A stretch of 64,000 nucleotides of DNA, taken from the NCBI GenBank assembly GCA_013239625.1, contig MU053994.1:933775-997774 (forward strand). The letters run 5' to 3'. The stretch's first letter is position 1, and each line of letters starts with the position of its first letter. This document shows positions 40,085-51,840 of the stretch, one piece after another. The notes beneath the pieces are model-generated. The model saw only the letters and a program-made list of their open reading frames with translations, ran no database searches and was not told the origin of the DNA. The DNA comes from Lama guanicoe. Taxonomy: Eukaryota. Both the position numbers and the translations under genes were made by a program.

Positions 40085-43000
40085 TTTGTTTGCTTGATTG
40101 ATTGTTTTTAACAATTTTACTGAGGTATAATTGACATACAATTAACTGAACATATTTAAAGTGTACAATTTAAATTTTGACACGTGTATATACCTGAGAA
40201 ACTATCACCGCAATGAAGAAAGTGAGCATACTTATCAGGCCACTTCCCATTCCTCTTTCCCAGGCAATTGCTGGTCTGCTTTCCATTACTATAATTTGCA
40301 TTTTCCAGCGTTTTATGTACTCGGAATCATACAGTGTGTATTTTTCTGTCTGGCTTTTTTCACTCAGCAAAATTATTTGGAGATTCATCCATGTTGTAAT
40401 GTGTATTTATTTCATTACATTTTTTATTCAATTTCACTTCGTATTTCATTTCAAATTTATTCAGTTTTATTCCTGAGTTGTTTTTCATTAAATGGTTATA
40501 TCTCGGTTTGTTTACCCATTTGTTTGTTGATGGACATTTGTGTTGTTTCCAATTTCTGGCTGTTAGCAATAAAGCTGTTATGTATATTTGTGTTCAAGTG
40601 TTTCTGTGGACATATGCCTTCATTTTTCTTGGGTAAATACCTAGGAGTGAAATGGCTGGATCATATGGTAGGTATCTGTTTAATTTTTCTAGAAACTGCC
40701 AAACTGGCCTACAAAATGGTTGTACTGTTTTACATTCACACCTACAGTTCCAGTCTCTCTATATCCTCATCAACACTTGGCATGGTAAGTTTTAAAATTT
40801 TTATGTATTTTAATAGATGTGTAGTGGTATCTCATTGCAGTTTTAATTTGTATTTTCCTAATGATTAGTGATGATGAACATTTTTCATGTGCTTATTTGC
40901 ATCTATGTATATACTCTTTGGTGAAGTGTCTGTTCAAATATTTGTCCCATTTTTTAGAGGGTTATTTTCCTACAATTGAGTATTGAGAGTTCTTTATATT
41001 TTTTGGATGCAAGTCCTTTATTAGATAATGTGAATTACAAATATTTTCTCCCAGTCTGTGGCTTGCTTTTCATTCTCTTAACACTGTCTTTGCAAGAACG
41101 TAAGTCTTTGATCTTCGTGAATTCTGATTCAATTTAATTCTTGAAATCAATCAGTGTTAGTCCTCCTAGTTTTCTTCCTTTTTATTCCATTTTTATGGAA
41201 GTGATTGTATGGAATTGGTATTAGTTCCTCCTTAAATATTTGATTTCACTAGCGAAGCCTTCTAGGCCTGGAATTTTCTTTATGGGAAGATTTTAGCTAT
41301 AAATTCAATTTCTTTAATAGGTAGAGATCTATTCAGGTTATCTAATTTTTCTTGAGTGACTGGTGGTTTGTATCTTTCAAGGAATTAGTCCATTTCATCT
41401 AGGTTATCCAATTTATTAGCATAAAGTTTTTAATAATATTCCCTGATCATGCTTTCAATATTTGTAGAATATATAATGATATTTCCTTTTCCAATCTCCA
41501 TTTTGTAATTTGTGTCTTCTCTCTTTTTCTAGATCAGTCTGCTAGAGGTTTATCAACTTTATTGATCTTCTCAAAAGAGCAAGTTTTGAGTTTTACTGAT
41601 TTTTCTCTATTGCTTTTTAGAATTTCCTTATTTTATTGATTTTGGCCCTGATCTTGTATCTTTTCTTCTGCTGACTTTGGGTTTCGTTTTTCCCCCAGTT
41701 TCTTAAAGTAGAAGATGAAGTCATGGATCTGAGATTGTTCTTCCCTTCTAATGAATGCTTTTACTTGTCCTCTGAATACTGTTGTAGCTGCATTCCCAAA
41801 TTTTTAATATGTTGTCTTTTCATCTTCATTTGGTTCAAAATTCTTTCTAACTTCTCTTTTGATTTTTTCTTTAACTCACAGGTGATTTAGAAGTGTATTT
41901 TATTTCCAAATAGGTGGAGATTTTCCAGAGATCTTTCTCTTATTAATTTCTAAATTAATTTCTTTGTGGGAAGAACATACTTGATATGACTTGAATCCAT
42001 TCCATTTTAAATCTACTGAGACTTGTTTAATAGGTCAGAATGTGGTTTTGGCAAGTGTTCCATGTGTACTAGAAAATATTATGTATTTTTCTCTTGTTTG
42101 TGGACTGTTCTATCTATGTCAACATTGTTAATGGTCAAATTTATCCTTAACTGGTTTTCTCAATACTTGTTCTGTCGATTGAAATATTCTTTTTGAAATC
42201 TCCAACTATATTCCTGGATTTGTCTAATTCTCCTTGAAATTCTGTCAGTTTTGCTTCATGTATTTTCAAGCTCTGTTCTTAAGTGTCCTTGTGATAAATT
42301 AAGCCTTTTTCATTATGAAATGGACTTTTATATCTCTAGTAATACTCTTTGCTCTGAAATATGCTTTGTCTAATATTAATATAGCTACTCCAGTTTTCTT
42401 TTGACTAGTGTTAAAATATCTTTTTCTATCCTTTTACTTTTAACCTAGTTGTGCGTTTATATGTAAAGTGTATATCGGTCTTTTTTATCCAAATTGACAA
42501 TCTCTGCCTTTTTATTGGGGTGTTTAGACCACTTACATTTAATATGATTATTCATATGGTTAGGTTTAAATCTACTATATTGCAGTGTTTCCTATTTGTC
42601 CTACCTCTTCTTTATTTTCTTCTTCTGCCTTATTTTTGATTATTTCTTATGATTCTATTTTATTCATCTGTTGGCTTATTAGCTATAATTCTTTGTTTTA
42701 TGATTTTATTGGTTGCTTTAGGACTTATAGTATACATCCTTAACTTACCAAGGTGACATCAAGTGACAGTATACCACCTCACTTACAAGAACTTTGCAAT
42801 AGTATACAATACTTCCATTTCTCCATTCCTAGCCTGTCTTCTGTTATATTATACATTTTATTTTATGTATGTTGTAAACACTATTCTGCATTATTATTTT
42901 TGTTTAAATAGTCTTCTTTTAAAGATATTTAAATAAGAAGAGAAAATCTAATCATTACCTAAGTGTTTATTTCTATTACCTTTCATTCCTTAATGTAGAT

Positions 43001-43490
43001 CCATATTTCCATCTGGTATCATTTTCTTTCTTTCTGAAGTACTTATTCCAATGTTTTTCATGGTACAGATTTGCTGGTGATTAATTCTTTCAGCTTTTGT
43101 ATGTCTGACAAATTATTCATTTAACCTTTGTTTTTGAAAGATATCTTCACTGGTATAGAATTCTACGTTGATAGTTTTAAAATTTCTGTATTTTAAAGAT
43201 GTTGTTTATCTGTTGTCCTGCTTGTATTATTTCTAATGAGAAATACGTCATTCTTATCTTTGTTCCTCTATATGTAATATTTCTGTTTTCTCTGGCAGCT
43301 TTTAAGATTATTTTCTTTATTGTTAGTTTTTAGCAATTTGATGATGATCTATGCCTTGGTGTACTTTTCTTCACGTTTTGCTCAGAGTTTGTTGAAGTTG
43401 TTGAATATGTAGCCTTATTGTTGGCACAAAATTTGGGAAATTCTGGCCAATATTTCTGTAAATTTTTTTCTGTCCCCACCCTTTCTTGTT
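40085..43490 (-). mobile_element. Long degraded L1M (3'UTR plus ORF2 and ORF1-proximal pieces, with internal deletions)
   Basis: Continuous T-rich antisense L1 motifs: tacctaggagtgaaatggctggatcatatgg, ctattcaggttatctaatttttcttgagt, ctgctagaggtttatcaa, aattgacaatctctgcc. Confidence 0.85.
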
Positions 43491-43649
43491 AATTTTTATT
43501 ACAGAATAGTATTTAGGAGTTTGGGCCTGGGCCCTAGGTGTACTGATTTGGTACTGGAATTTTATCACTTCTCAGCCCTCCCAGGGGTTAGAAGATATTT
43601 ATAAATATACTAACCATTGCAAGTGCATGTGTCTCTATCAGTCTTCCTT

Positions 43650-44610
43650 CACTTTTTTCTGTCTGTTCTATCTATCAATCAATCAAAATCATGGACTCAT
43701 ACTGATTCCTTGACACCTCTCATTCTAATCCATGTTTCATTCTAGCCTTCTTTCTCTGTTGATGAGAAACCTGGCTCTCATTGTCTATAATATATGTAAA
43801 TATATTTACTGACTTCCTTAATCCTAGTATACACAAAAGTAGTTAGAGAATTTCTAACCCAGACCTTTGTGGGAAACACATTTACTAGTTAGAGTACAAT
43901 TCTAGGTACAGTTCTTTTTTGTCTTAATTTGCAGTTTCAAGTTAAGATACTATTTTCCGGTTACTAAGGCTAATTCTTTTTTTTTTCCTCATCCTCTTCA
44001 GTGTGGTTATATTATTCACTTGTGATACCATTGGATTCTATTGTTACTGTTTGTATTCCATTTTGCTCTCTTCCCCTAAAACACACACATCCTGGTTGGT
44101 TTTAATTCTCTATATTTTCTGTATGTTAAACATTACCATGGTTCTCAAAGTCAGGGCTATACAAAAGGGTGCACTCACAAGTGTCACTCCCTCCTCATCC
44201 CAACTGTCCCTTCCTATTGCCCCCTTTTCAATCCCTTATCATCCACCCCATTAGGTAACCAGTTTCTTTAGTTTCTGTTTACCCTTACTGCATTTCTTTT
44301 GCACAAATGAGAAGCTACATGAATGTTTTCTTATATCTCCTCTTTTTCTTACGTGAAGAGTAGCATACTATAGATACATTTTTTGCATTTTGCCTTTTTC
44401 ACTTAGTAATTTATCCTGTGAACCATTCCATATCAATTCATAGAGCTCTTCCTTGTTCTTTTTTATGGTAGCATAATTCTCTGCTGTGTAGCTGTATCAT
44501 AGTTTATTTAACTACTCACCTGTATATTGATATTTAGTTTTGGTTTGCATTTCTCTGATAATTAGGGATATTTAGCATTTTCTCATGTGCCTATTGGCCA
44601 TTCATGTGGA
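43650..44610 (-). mobile_element. Old L1MC/ME 3' fragments
   Basis: gagaaacctggctctcattgtc, tttgcctttttcacttagtaat. Confidence 0.5.
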
Positions 44611-44717
44611 AGACAGTAATTTTTTCTTCTTAGCTGCAACTAGTACCGTGTGTGCTGAAAGAAACTTGGTTTAAAGAAAATAGACAACTGTACAGTTTTC
44701 AAGTGGCATGGGAAATC

Positions 44718-45520
44718 AGACTTGCTTAAGTGGTAGAGAACCCTATGCTTGGTCTCAAATGGAACTTTGAATTTTTAAATTGTTGAAAAACAAACTTTCA
44801 AGTTGGAATCAGCGGCCTGGAAAGATCAGTCTTGAGCATCCCAAAGGCATTTCTTACTCTCTGCCTTCCACAAATGTCTGCCCCTCTGAAGCACCAGGGA
44901 ACACACTCTTCTTTTTATTTGCTTTGTTGTTATTTTTGTAGCTCTGCAGGTCTTTGTGGGAGACTAATGTTCCTCTGAATTATATCTTGGAAGCCAAATT
45001 TCTATTGGGGATTTTGCATCAAACTGCTGTCCTTGCAGGCTCTTTGGTGCCAGATTTCCTTCCACGATGACAGGTCACCGAATACACACTTGTACTGCCC
45101 TTTATTTCATAAAGCCATCTTTGATTTATGCTGTGTATCTGGGGGTAAAAGCACAAAGGCAACGAGAAGCAAATGCCTTTATCTGCAGATAACAGCATCC
45201 TAATAATCCTAGCGTTTCTCTGCATGTTAAAATGATGCTTTGCCCGCTTGTATGTCAGCTGCCAGCAGATGAAGCATTCTGCACCTTTCAGATGATTGTT
45301 CCTTTACTTCCTTGATTCTGTCAGTGGTCCATTGGAAGAAGAGAAAAATACCACTAAATCTGAGGGTTTTTTTAGAAAGCAATATTGAGGTCATAGCATA
45401 CTCTAATAAAGACTTGCTTAAGTGGTAGAGAACCCTACGCTTGGTCTCAAATGGAACTGAATTTTTAAATTGTTAAAAAACAACCTTTCCAGTTGGAATC
45501 AGTGGCCTGGAAAGATCAGT
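44718..45520 (+). repeat. Non-tandem direct duplication: 44718-44830 (113 bp) and 45410-45520 (111 bp)
   Basis: Both copies run agacttgcttaagtggtagagaaccc...ggcctggaaagatcagt; 5 substitutions and one 2-bp indel by manual alignment. Confidence 0.95.
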
Positions 45521-46199
45521 AAAGAATGCAACACTGATAGACTTTGGGAGGAAATTGAATGGCATTGTTTAGACCATTTTACATGTGGAACTGCTGATAT
45601 TCTGAAAGTTTAGTTACTTTTTAAGGATCTAATGCATAGTCTTTAACTGAACTGCTTGTTTTTTTTTTTAATCTAAATAATTATCGTCTATTGGATGTAG
45701 GTCCATGTTGGGGCTGATGAATTTCTTGAGTAGAAAGAAATTTTGCTGCTCAATGATGTGCAGCAGCATCTAGGAGTTGGTGGAAATGAAGAATTCAGAC
45801 CTCCTGAATCAAAATTTGCCTTAGTCACAAAATTCCCAGGGGATTCTTGAGCACAGTAAACTTTGAGAAGCACTAACACAGAAGGTGTACAATTTGTTGA
45901 GAAATCTGGGCATCTAGAATTTATTCTTGGTTCTTTCCATTTTTCTTTTTCTAAAACAACATCTTTCTCAATTCTTCAAAGCTTTGATTGTCTAACATTT
46001 AAAGACTGATTTATAACTGGGTTTTCCAGGCTCATAGGAGATGCACACAGGGGTCATTTTGATATGATGTCTAAGGAGACACTTTGGAACTTACTGGGGG
46101 AAAGCATATAACGAAGGATTTAGCATTGTCACTGACTCCTTCTGCCTACCTACTAAAGCACCTGTTGATGCTTTAAGGCAGAGATTGATTTCTTGGAGA

Positions 46200-46847
46200 T
46201 AGTCAGTCCTCATTTTTCATGGATTCTGTATTTTTGAATCTGCCTGCTTGCTCAAAATCCATTTGTAACCCTCAAATCAGTACTCACAGAGCTTCTGCAG
46301 TTAGTTATTCACAGACATGCACAGAGTTGCAAAAATTTGAGTCACCTGACACACATATTCCCATTGGAGGCTGAAGTAGGCAATGCTCTGCCTGTTTCAG
46401 CTCTCATATTATAAACAAGGGTCCTTTTCATAGTCTGTTTATTGCCACGTTGCCCCCAATTTTGTGCTTTTTGTTGGTGATTTTACTGTTTAAAAATGGC
46501 CCCAAGGTGTGGTGCTGAAAGGCTGACTAGTGTTGCTAAGTATAAGAAGGCTGTGATGTGCCTTACAGAGAAAGTGTGTGTGTTAAATAGGCTTCCTTCA
46601 CGCAAGAGCTACAGTGATTTTGGCTGTGACTTAATGTTAATGAACCAAGAATACATATTAAATAGGTTAAACAGAAACACATAAAACAAAATTATGTGTC
46701 TTTTTGGTTATCAAAATTGTTACGACCCAAAGTTCTCAGGAACCTAACTCTGTATTTCCACTAGGAGCAACAGGTCACTATTTGTTTAATTTAGAATTTG
46801 TGGCAACTTAACAGAACATAACTGCTGCAAATAATGAGAATCAACTG
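46200..46847 (+). mobile_element. MER82 (TcMar-Tigger non-autonomous DNA transposon), essentially full length
   Basis: Imperfect TIRs (agtcagtcctcattttt ... aataatgagaatcaactg) followed by TA. Internal ORF 46496-46684 MAPR...KKAVMCLTEKVCVL resembles a Tigger transposase N-terminus. Confidence 0.85.
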
Positions 46848-47189
46848 TATGTTTACAAATCATTTAGGCTAGGATTCCAACTGGGCACCATTTTCTCTTT
46901 TATGGGTGGTGGCAAGACTAACTTGTAAGAAATTTTTAGTTGTATTCTGTGAGCACAATTCCCAATGAAGATAGCTGGTAATTCACAAAAACACACTTCA
47001 CCAATACTTGGAGGCTTTCTTGGGATCGAAGCAATATGGTAAGGAGGCTTTTGTCTTACTATGAATGTGATTGCGTTCTTTTAGGCATGGCATGTGAAAC
47101 AATTGCACTACAGTTGCTTTTGGACTGCCAGTTTGTGTGTTAAGCTCATTTTCTTTTGGGTCTGTGTTGTCTTTCTCAGAATTTGTGTC

Positions 47190-47525
47190 TTCCCCTTCTG
47201 CATCCATGATCTATGTTGCTGCCTCAGTCCAGGTCCACATCACTGATTGCCTGGATCCTAGACAAATTTCCCAGTGCTCTCATCTAGAGCCCACTCTCTA
47301 GTGCAGCCCACTTTCTACTCTGGTAAATCTGATCCCATCCTTCCTCTGTGTGAAATCTCTCAGTGGCTCCCAGTTACCTTGGGATAAGTTTCAAAATTAC
47401 CTGAAATTTGACCTCTGACTTCCTTGTCACCATGCTTGAAGCTCCCTGACCACTTGGTACTCTCCCACCTCTGTGCCTTTGTATGCTCTGTCCCTCTGCT
47501 TCCCTTTTTTCATCTACCAGGCAGT
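47190..47525 (+). mobile_element. L2 fragment
   Basis: aaatctgatcccatccttcctctgtgtgaaatctctcagtggctccc. Confidence 0.6.
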
Positions 47526-48214
47526 CACCTCCAGGTCTAAGATGCTGAAAAGTACCTCTCGTATTGGGATTAATTAAACAAAAAATTTCCCCTGTTGATC
47601 CCTGATCGAAAGGAGTCTTCAACTTGGTGTCACTCTCCCTTTTATAAGAGTATCTTTGTATCAACAGCCCTGATCTGCATCAGTTCTGATAGCCCTGATC
47701 TTCAAGGAAACCCAGGGTAGAATAAATATATAATGAGCATTCAATCCTGGAAAATAAAACAAAAAAATGAGGGTGAAGAGATTAACTGTGCAGTCCAATT
47801 AAAACAGTAGCACCTTGTTTTTATTTAGTCAGTTGTTTTAAAACATGTGATGTTTAGTGTAGCATTTGTTCAAATAAAGAACATAGAGTGATTTAATGCA
47901 ACAAAGCACTGATACCCTATCAGTATCAATCAAGGATTTTAATTCTTCCTTTCCCTAATTGACACAGTGAGTAACATACAGCAGTCAAAATGAATGAACT
48001 GTTGCAACATAGAACACTATGATGAATCTAATTAATATAATAAATGAAAGTAAGTCCTTCAAGATTGCATGATAAGAATATATCGATGTCCAACATGAGA
48101 TTCCAGATAGTGGTTACCTTGGGAGGAGGAAGGCACAGGGAGGGGACAGGGATGACCACATAGAAAGATATAAGTTATTGTCTATGTTCTAGTTTCTGTG
48201 TTAAATAGTGAGTT

Positions 48215-48246
48215 TGTGTGTGTGTGTGTGCGCGCGCGTGCATGTG
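48215..48246. repeat. (TG)8(CG)4 compound microsatellite
   Basis: tgtgtgtgtgtgtgtgcgcgcgcgtgcatgtg. Confidence 0.9.
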
Positions 48247-49359
48247 AATATAATAAACACAAATAAACAAGAAGGCCATGATGAGTGGTCATGGACTGAG
48301 GATTTTGATTAATATGACTTACCCAATTCTCTTTACCTGAGTTTTACACTGAAAAAAAAAATCTCTGTTTGGAAATGTTAGGGGAACCTCCACCTTCTCT
48401 TGAAGGGGAATCAAGCACATATGTAAGAATTTTAAGTACTGCATATGGAGAAGAAAACAAATAAAAGGACCAAATATAAAGTATAATATTAATGGTGAAT
48501 TTGAAGACAATAAGCATTATGAAAATGAGAAAATAATGAGAACAAGGCACCAATAGCCTGTCTTATTTGAGTCAATCAAGTACTGGAGATGTGGAGACGA
48601 ATTGCAATTAGCTTTAATGGTGTCCCTCGTTTTGTGGTGCTCGTATTAGCTTGTCCTACATTTTCTTGGCAGCAGGAAGCAAGCAAAGGGCACTGTTCAA
48701 AGAAAAGCAACTGTGTGAGGTTGTAAGAAAAACACGCATCCTATCTTTTCCATGCTGCATACCACAGACAAAGAGCCTTGTCTCCCGGTTTTATGAGAAA
48801 TACCCTGCATTTGAGAATGAGTTGGTTGTACATTTCTCCCACCAGCACTCGCTGTCATGCTCAATTTCTTGTCAATCCTACACTCCCTTTTCTGCTAGAA
48901 TCCTTGAAATCTCTTTCTAGTAGCAGTTGGTGCAAGACAATGTGCATTTCTTTTGGTGGCAACCTTTTCCAGTTTTCATGCCAGAATGTCTGCCTGCACA
49001 ATGAGCCCGTTTTAAGGCACTTTAGATTTCAGCTGATTCCCAGTATCAGATGCGAACAGACAAAATTCTATCTGAATTCTCTCTTTCGGCAGGAGCTTTC
49101 ATTACCCGCTTGGCAGAGTCCAGAGAGAGGAATTGAGCGTTGTTTGGATTCCGAAGTCATTTTAAAAACTATATCATGAGTGTCTTCCCGTCTCCTTGGT
49201 GATACGTGACCATTTTCCTCCTGGAAGAGCTATTCTATGTATTTTTAGTAACAGCAGGAGAGGCTAGATATTTGGGTGAGCTGTGTACCCAGCTGGGAAG
49301 CCTAAGCAGACAAAGGGTCTTAAGTTTCCCTTGATCTTGTTTTTCTCCCCAACCCCCTG

Positions 49360-49366
49360 CTTTCTT

Positions 49367-49398
<32 letters not shown>

Positions 49399-49414
49399 TT
49401 TTTTTTTTTTTTTT
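49360..49414. repeat. (TTC)7 plus T25 polypyrimidine tract
   Basis: 55 consecutive pyrimidines, read directly. Confidence 0.95.
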
Positions 49415-49784
49415 GTAGGCTCTTTGTTCTGTTCCTTCCCTCTGCAAGGGAAGCTCTTAAGCTCTGCCAGCTGTTTGTCACTTTCAGAGATATTATGCTG
49501 TTTCTGTCGTGTCTGTCCAGCCCAGCTAAGAGTGGAATCTTACTATTTGACGACCTATAAATAAGAGGCCTGAAAGAGTATAATTTAGCAATGTTCGTGT
49601 GTTTTCTAAGCCCCATTTCTCTTGTCTCTGCAGCTAGCAAGTGTCAGACTTATCGCCTGATTGAGCTTGGGTAATTTCTAACTAAAAGGGATGTTCCTTG
49701 CTTGTAATTAGCAGAAAAGCTGCCTTGTGTTCTTTCTGCTAACCATAAGCATTATCTCCATATTTCTGTCTCATCCTCTTAGAG

Positions 49785-49970
49785 GCCAGCCTGAGCTTTT
49801 TCACATCTTAGTGGAAGAGTTCATGCCTCTAAGTAAAGTCTGCCAGAGTCCCACTAGCCAAAGCAAATCACCTCCCCAAGCCCAGAGTCACTGTGGAAGG
49901 TGACACTACACAAGGGCTTGGATACGAGGAGGTGTGACTTGTTGGGGGTGTGAATGTAATTGTCTCCCAC
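49785..49970 (-). mobile_element. MLT1K/L-like LTR fragment
   Basis: tcccactagccaaagcaaatcac...aagcccagagtca...cacaagggcttggatac. Confidence 0.6.
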
Positions 49971-50809
49971 AGCGGAGTTTTGAAAGCATTTTGAGCCAAA
50001 TGCTTTCAGTGAAATGAAAGCAGATCTTCTGGTTGCTGGGATGAGGGAATAAGAGCTGAGGATGGAGGAAAACCAAGTTTCTTCGGTGGTGTGATGAATG
50101 TGCTTTCTGAATGAGAAATGATAGGACAGTCTGGCAAAGGGATTTATAAGAAAAGTATCTTAAGTATAAAACCCACTAACTTTTGCTTATTCCTGAGAAA
50201 TAAAGCACCAAAGGCAGTAAATGTGAAGACTGGCAGACTGTCTAGATAAAAATGAAGAACTCTTATCTGGCAAACACTGAATAAATAAGGAAAATACAGC
50301 TGGGAAAATTATAGATAATAGACAAAGGGGTAATACTCCTAAAAATTAAAAAGAAAGACAAATCTGTCAATATAAAAATCAGCAAAAGTCATGAATAGGA
50401 TGTTTACAAAAGAAGAAATATAAATACACACATGGCTGCCAATAAATATTTAAGAAATATTCGTGTTTACCAGTAATCAAAGAAAGGCAAACAAATACAA
50501 GTTTCTGACAAACAAGTATCAATCCCTGATGTATTTTCATAGCACTTACATAAAAGAGGGGTAAGGGAATGGAGAGGTGGGTGGGGGAGTTGCAGTTTTA
50601 GGGAAGGCCTCTCTGAGGTGCAGACATTGGAGCAGAGGCCTGAATGAAGTGGGGGCACAGGCTGTGTGCTCAGGAAGCATTTCAGGCCGAGGTAAGAGCA
50701 ATGGTAAGGTCCTGAGTCAGGACCCAGCAACGGGAAAGCCAGCTGGAGTGTGTTGAGAATAGGTTGATATATGTATCTAATGATGTGAGCAGACACAGTC
50801 AGTGTGGTC

Positions 50810-51840
50810 AGTAACAAAGCAGATGTCAGAGCCCACCGAATGGGAGAAATTTTTGCCAATCATATATCTAAAAAGGGACTTGCATCAAGAATATATGAAT
50901 GGGGGAGGGTACAGCTCAGTGCCTAGCATACACAAGGTCCTGGGCTCTATCTCCAGTACCTGCATTAAAATAAATAAGCAAATAAACCTAATGACCTCCC
51001 CCCCCCCCAAATAAATAGAAGTAAAAAATAAAAAAAGAATATATGAATAACTCTTACAAGTTAATATTTAAAAAGGCAAATAATATGGTTTTTAAAATGG
51101 GCAAAGGATCTGAGTAGACATTTCTCCAAAGCAGATATCAAATAGGCCAATAAGTACATGGAAAGGGCTTGATGTCATTAATTAGGGAAATGCAAATGAA
51201 AATTAAACTGAGATACCACTTCACACCCACTAGAATGTCTATAATAAAAAAAATACTAAGTGTTGGCAAGGATGTGGAAAAATTGGAACCCTTATATATT
51301 GCTGCTGGGAATGTAAAATGATGCAGCCGCTTTAGACAACAGTCTGGCAGTTCCTTAAACACCTAAACATAGAGCTGCCATGCTTTCAGGCAATTTCACT
51401 CATATACCTAGACCCAAGAGTAAGGGAAATGTACTTCCACACAAAAGCTTGTACACAAATGTTCATAGCAGCATTATTCATAATAGCCAAAGAGTGGAAA
51501 CAACCCAAATGTCCATCAAGTGATGGATGCGAAAATAAAATATTTTATACATAATACATATATACAAAATATATATATATACACACATGCACAGTTTAAT
51601 ATTATTTGGCAATTAGAAGGAATAAAGTACTGATTTAAGCTACAACATGGATGAACCTTGAAAACATTACGCTAAGTTAAAGAAGCCAGTAATAAAAGAC
51701 CATATGTTGTATTATTCCACTGATATAAAATGGCCAGAATAAGCAAATCTATAAAGACAGAAAGTAGGTTCGCATTTGCTTAGAGTTGGAGGGAATGTGG
51801 GGACTTGGGAGCAACAGCTAAGGGGTCTGGGGTTTCTGTA
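50810..51840 (+). mobile_element. L1MB-type 3' portion with a nested SINE
   Basis: gaatgggagaaatttttgccaatcatatatc, gagataccacttcacacccactagaatg, acaacatggatgaaccttgaaaacatt. Confidence 0.85.
50901..51034 (+). mobile_element. tRNA-derived SINE (Vic-1-like) with a perfect 14-bp TSD
   Basis: gggggagggtacagctcagt...ggtcctgggctctatctccagtacc; A-rich tail; TSD aagaatatatgaat at 50887-50900 and 51035-51048. Confidence 0.88.

Noticed and set aside
40161..40868. Longest ORF in the window (235 aa)
   Set aside because: Lies on the strand opposite a degraded L1 3' region, has a non-ATG start and F/L/C/I-rich composition typical of antisense L1; not a gene.
44718..45520. The direct repeats as the LTRs of a small element, or a CRISPR-like array
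   Set aside because: No TG...CA termini, PBS/PPT or outer TSD; only two copies, in a mammalian context.
46496..46684. Transposase-like ORF
   Set aside because: Only a short N-terminal remnant inside non-autonomous MER82; no catalytic domain.
49235..49640. Poly-Lys/Arg and poly-Ser/Phe ORFs
   Set aside because: Translation artefacts of the (TTC)7-T25 tract.
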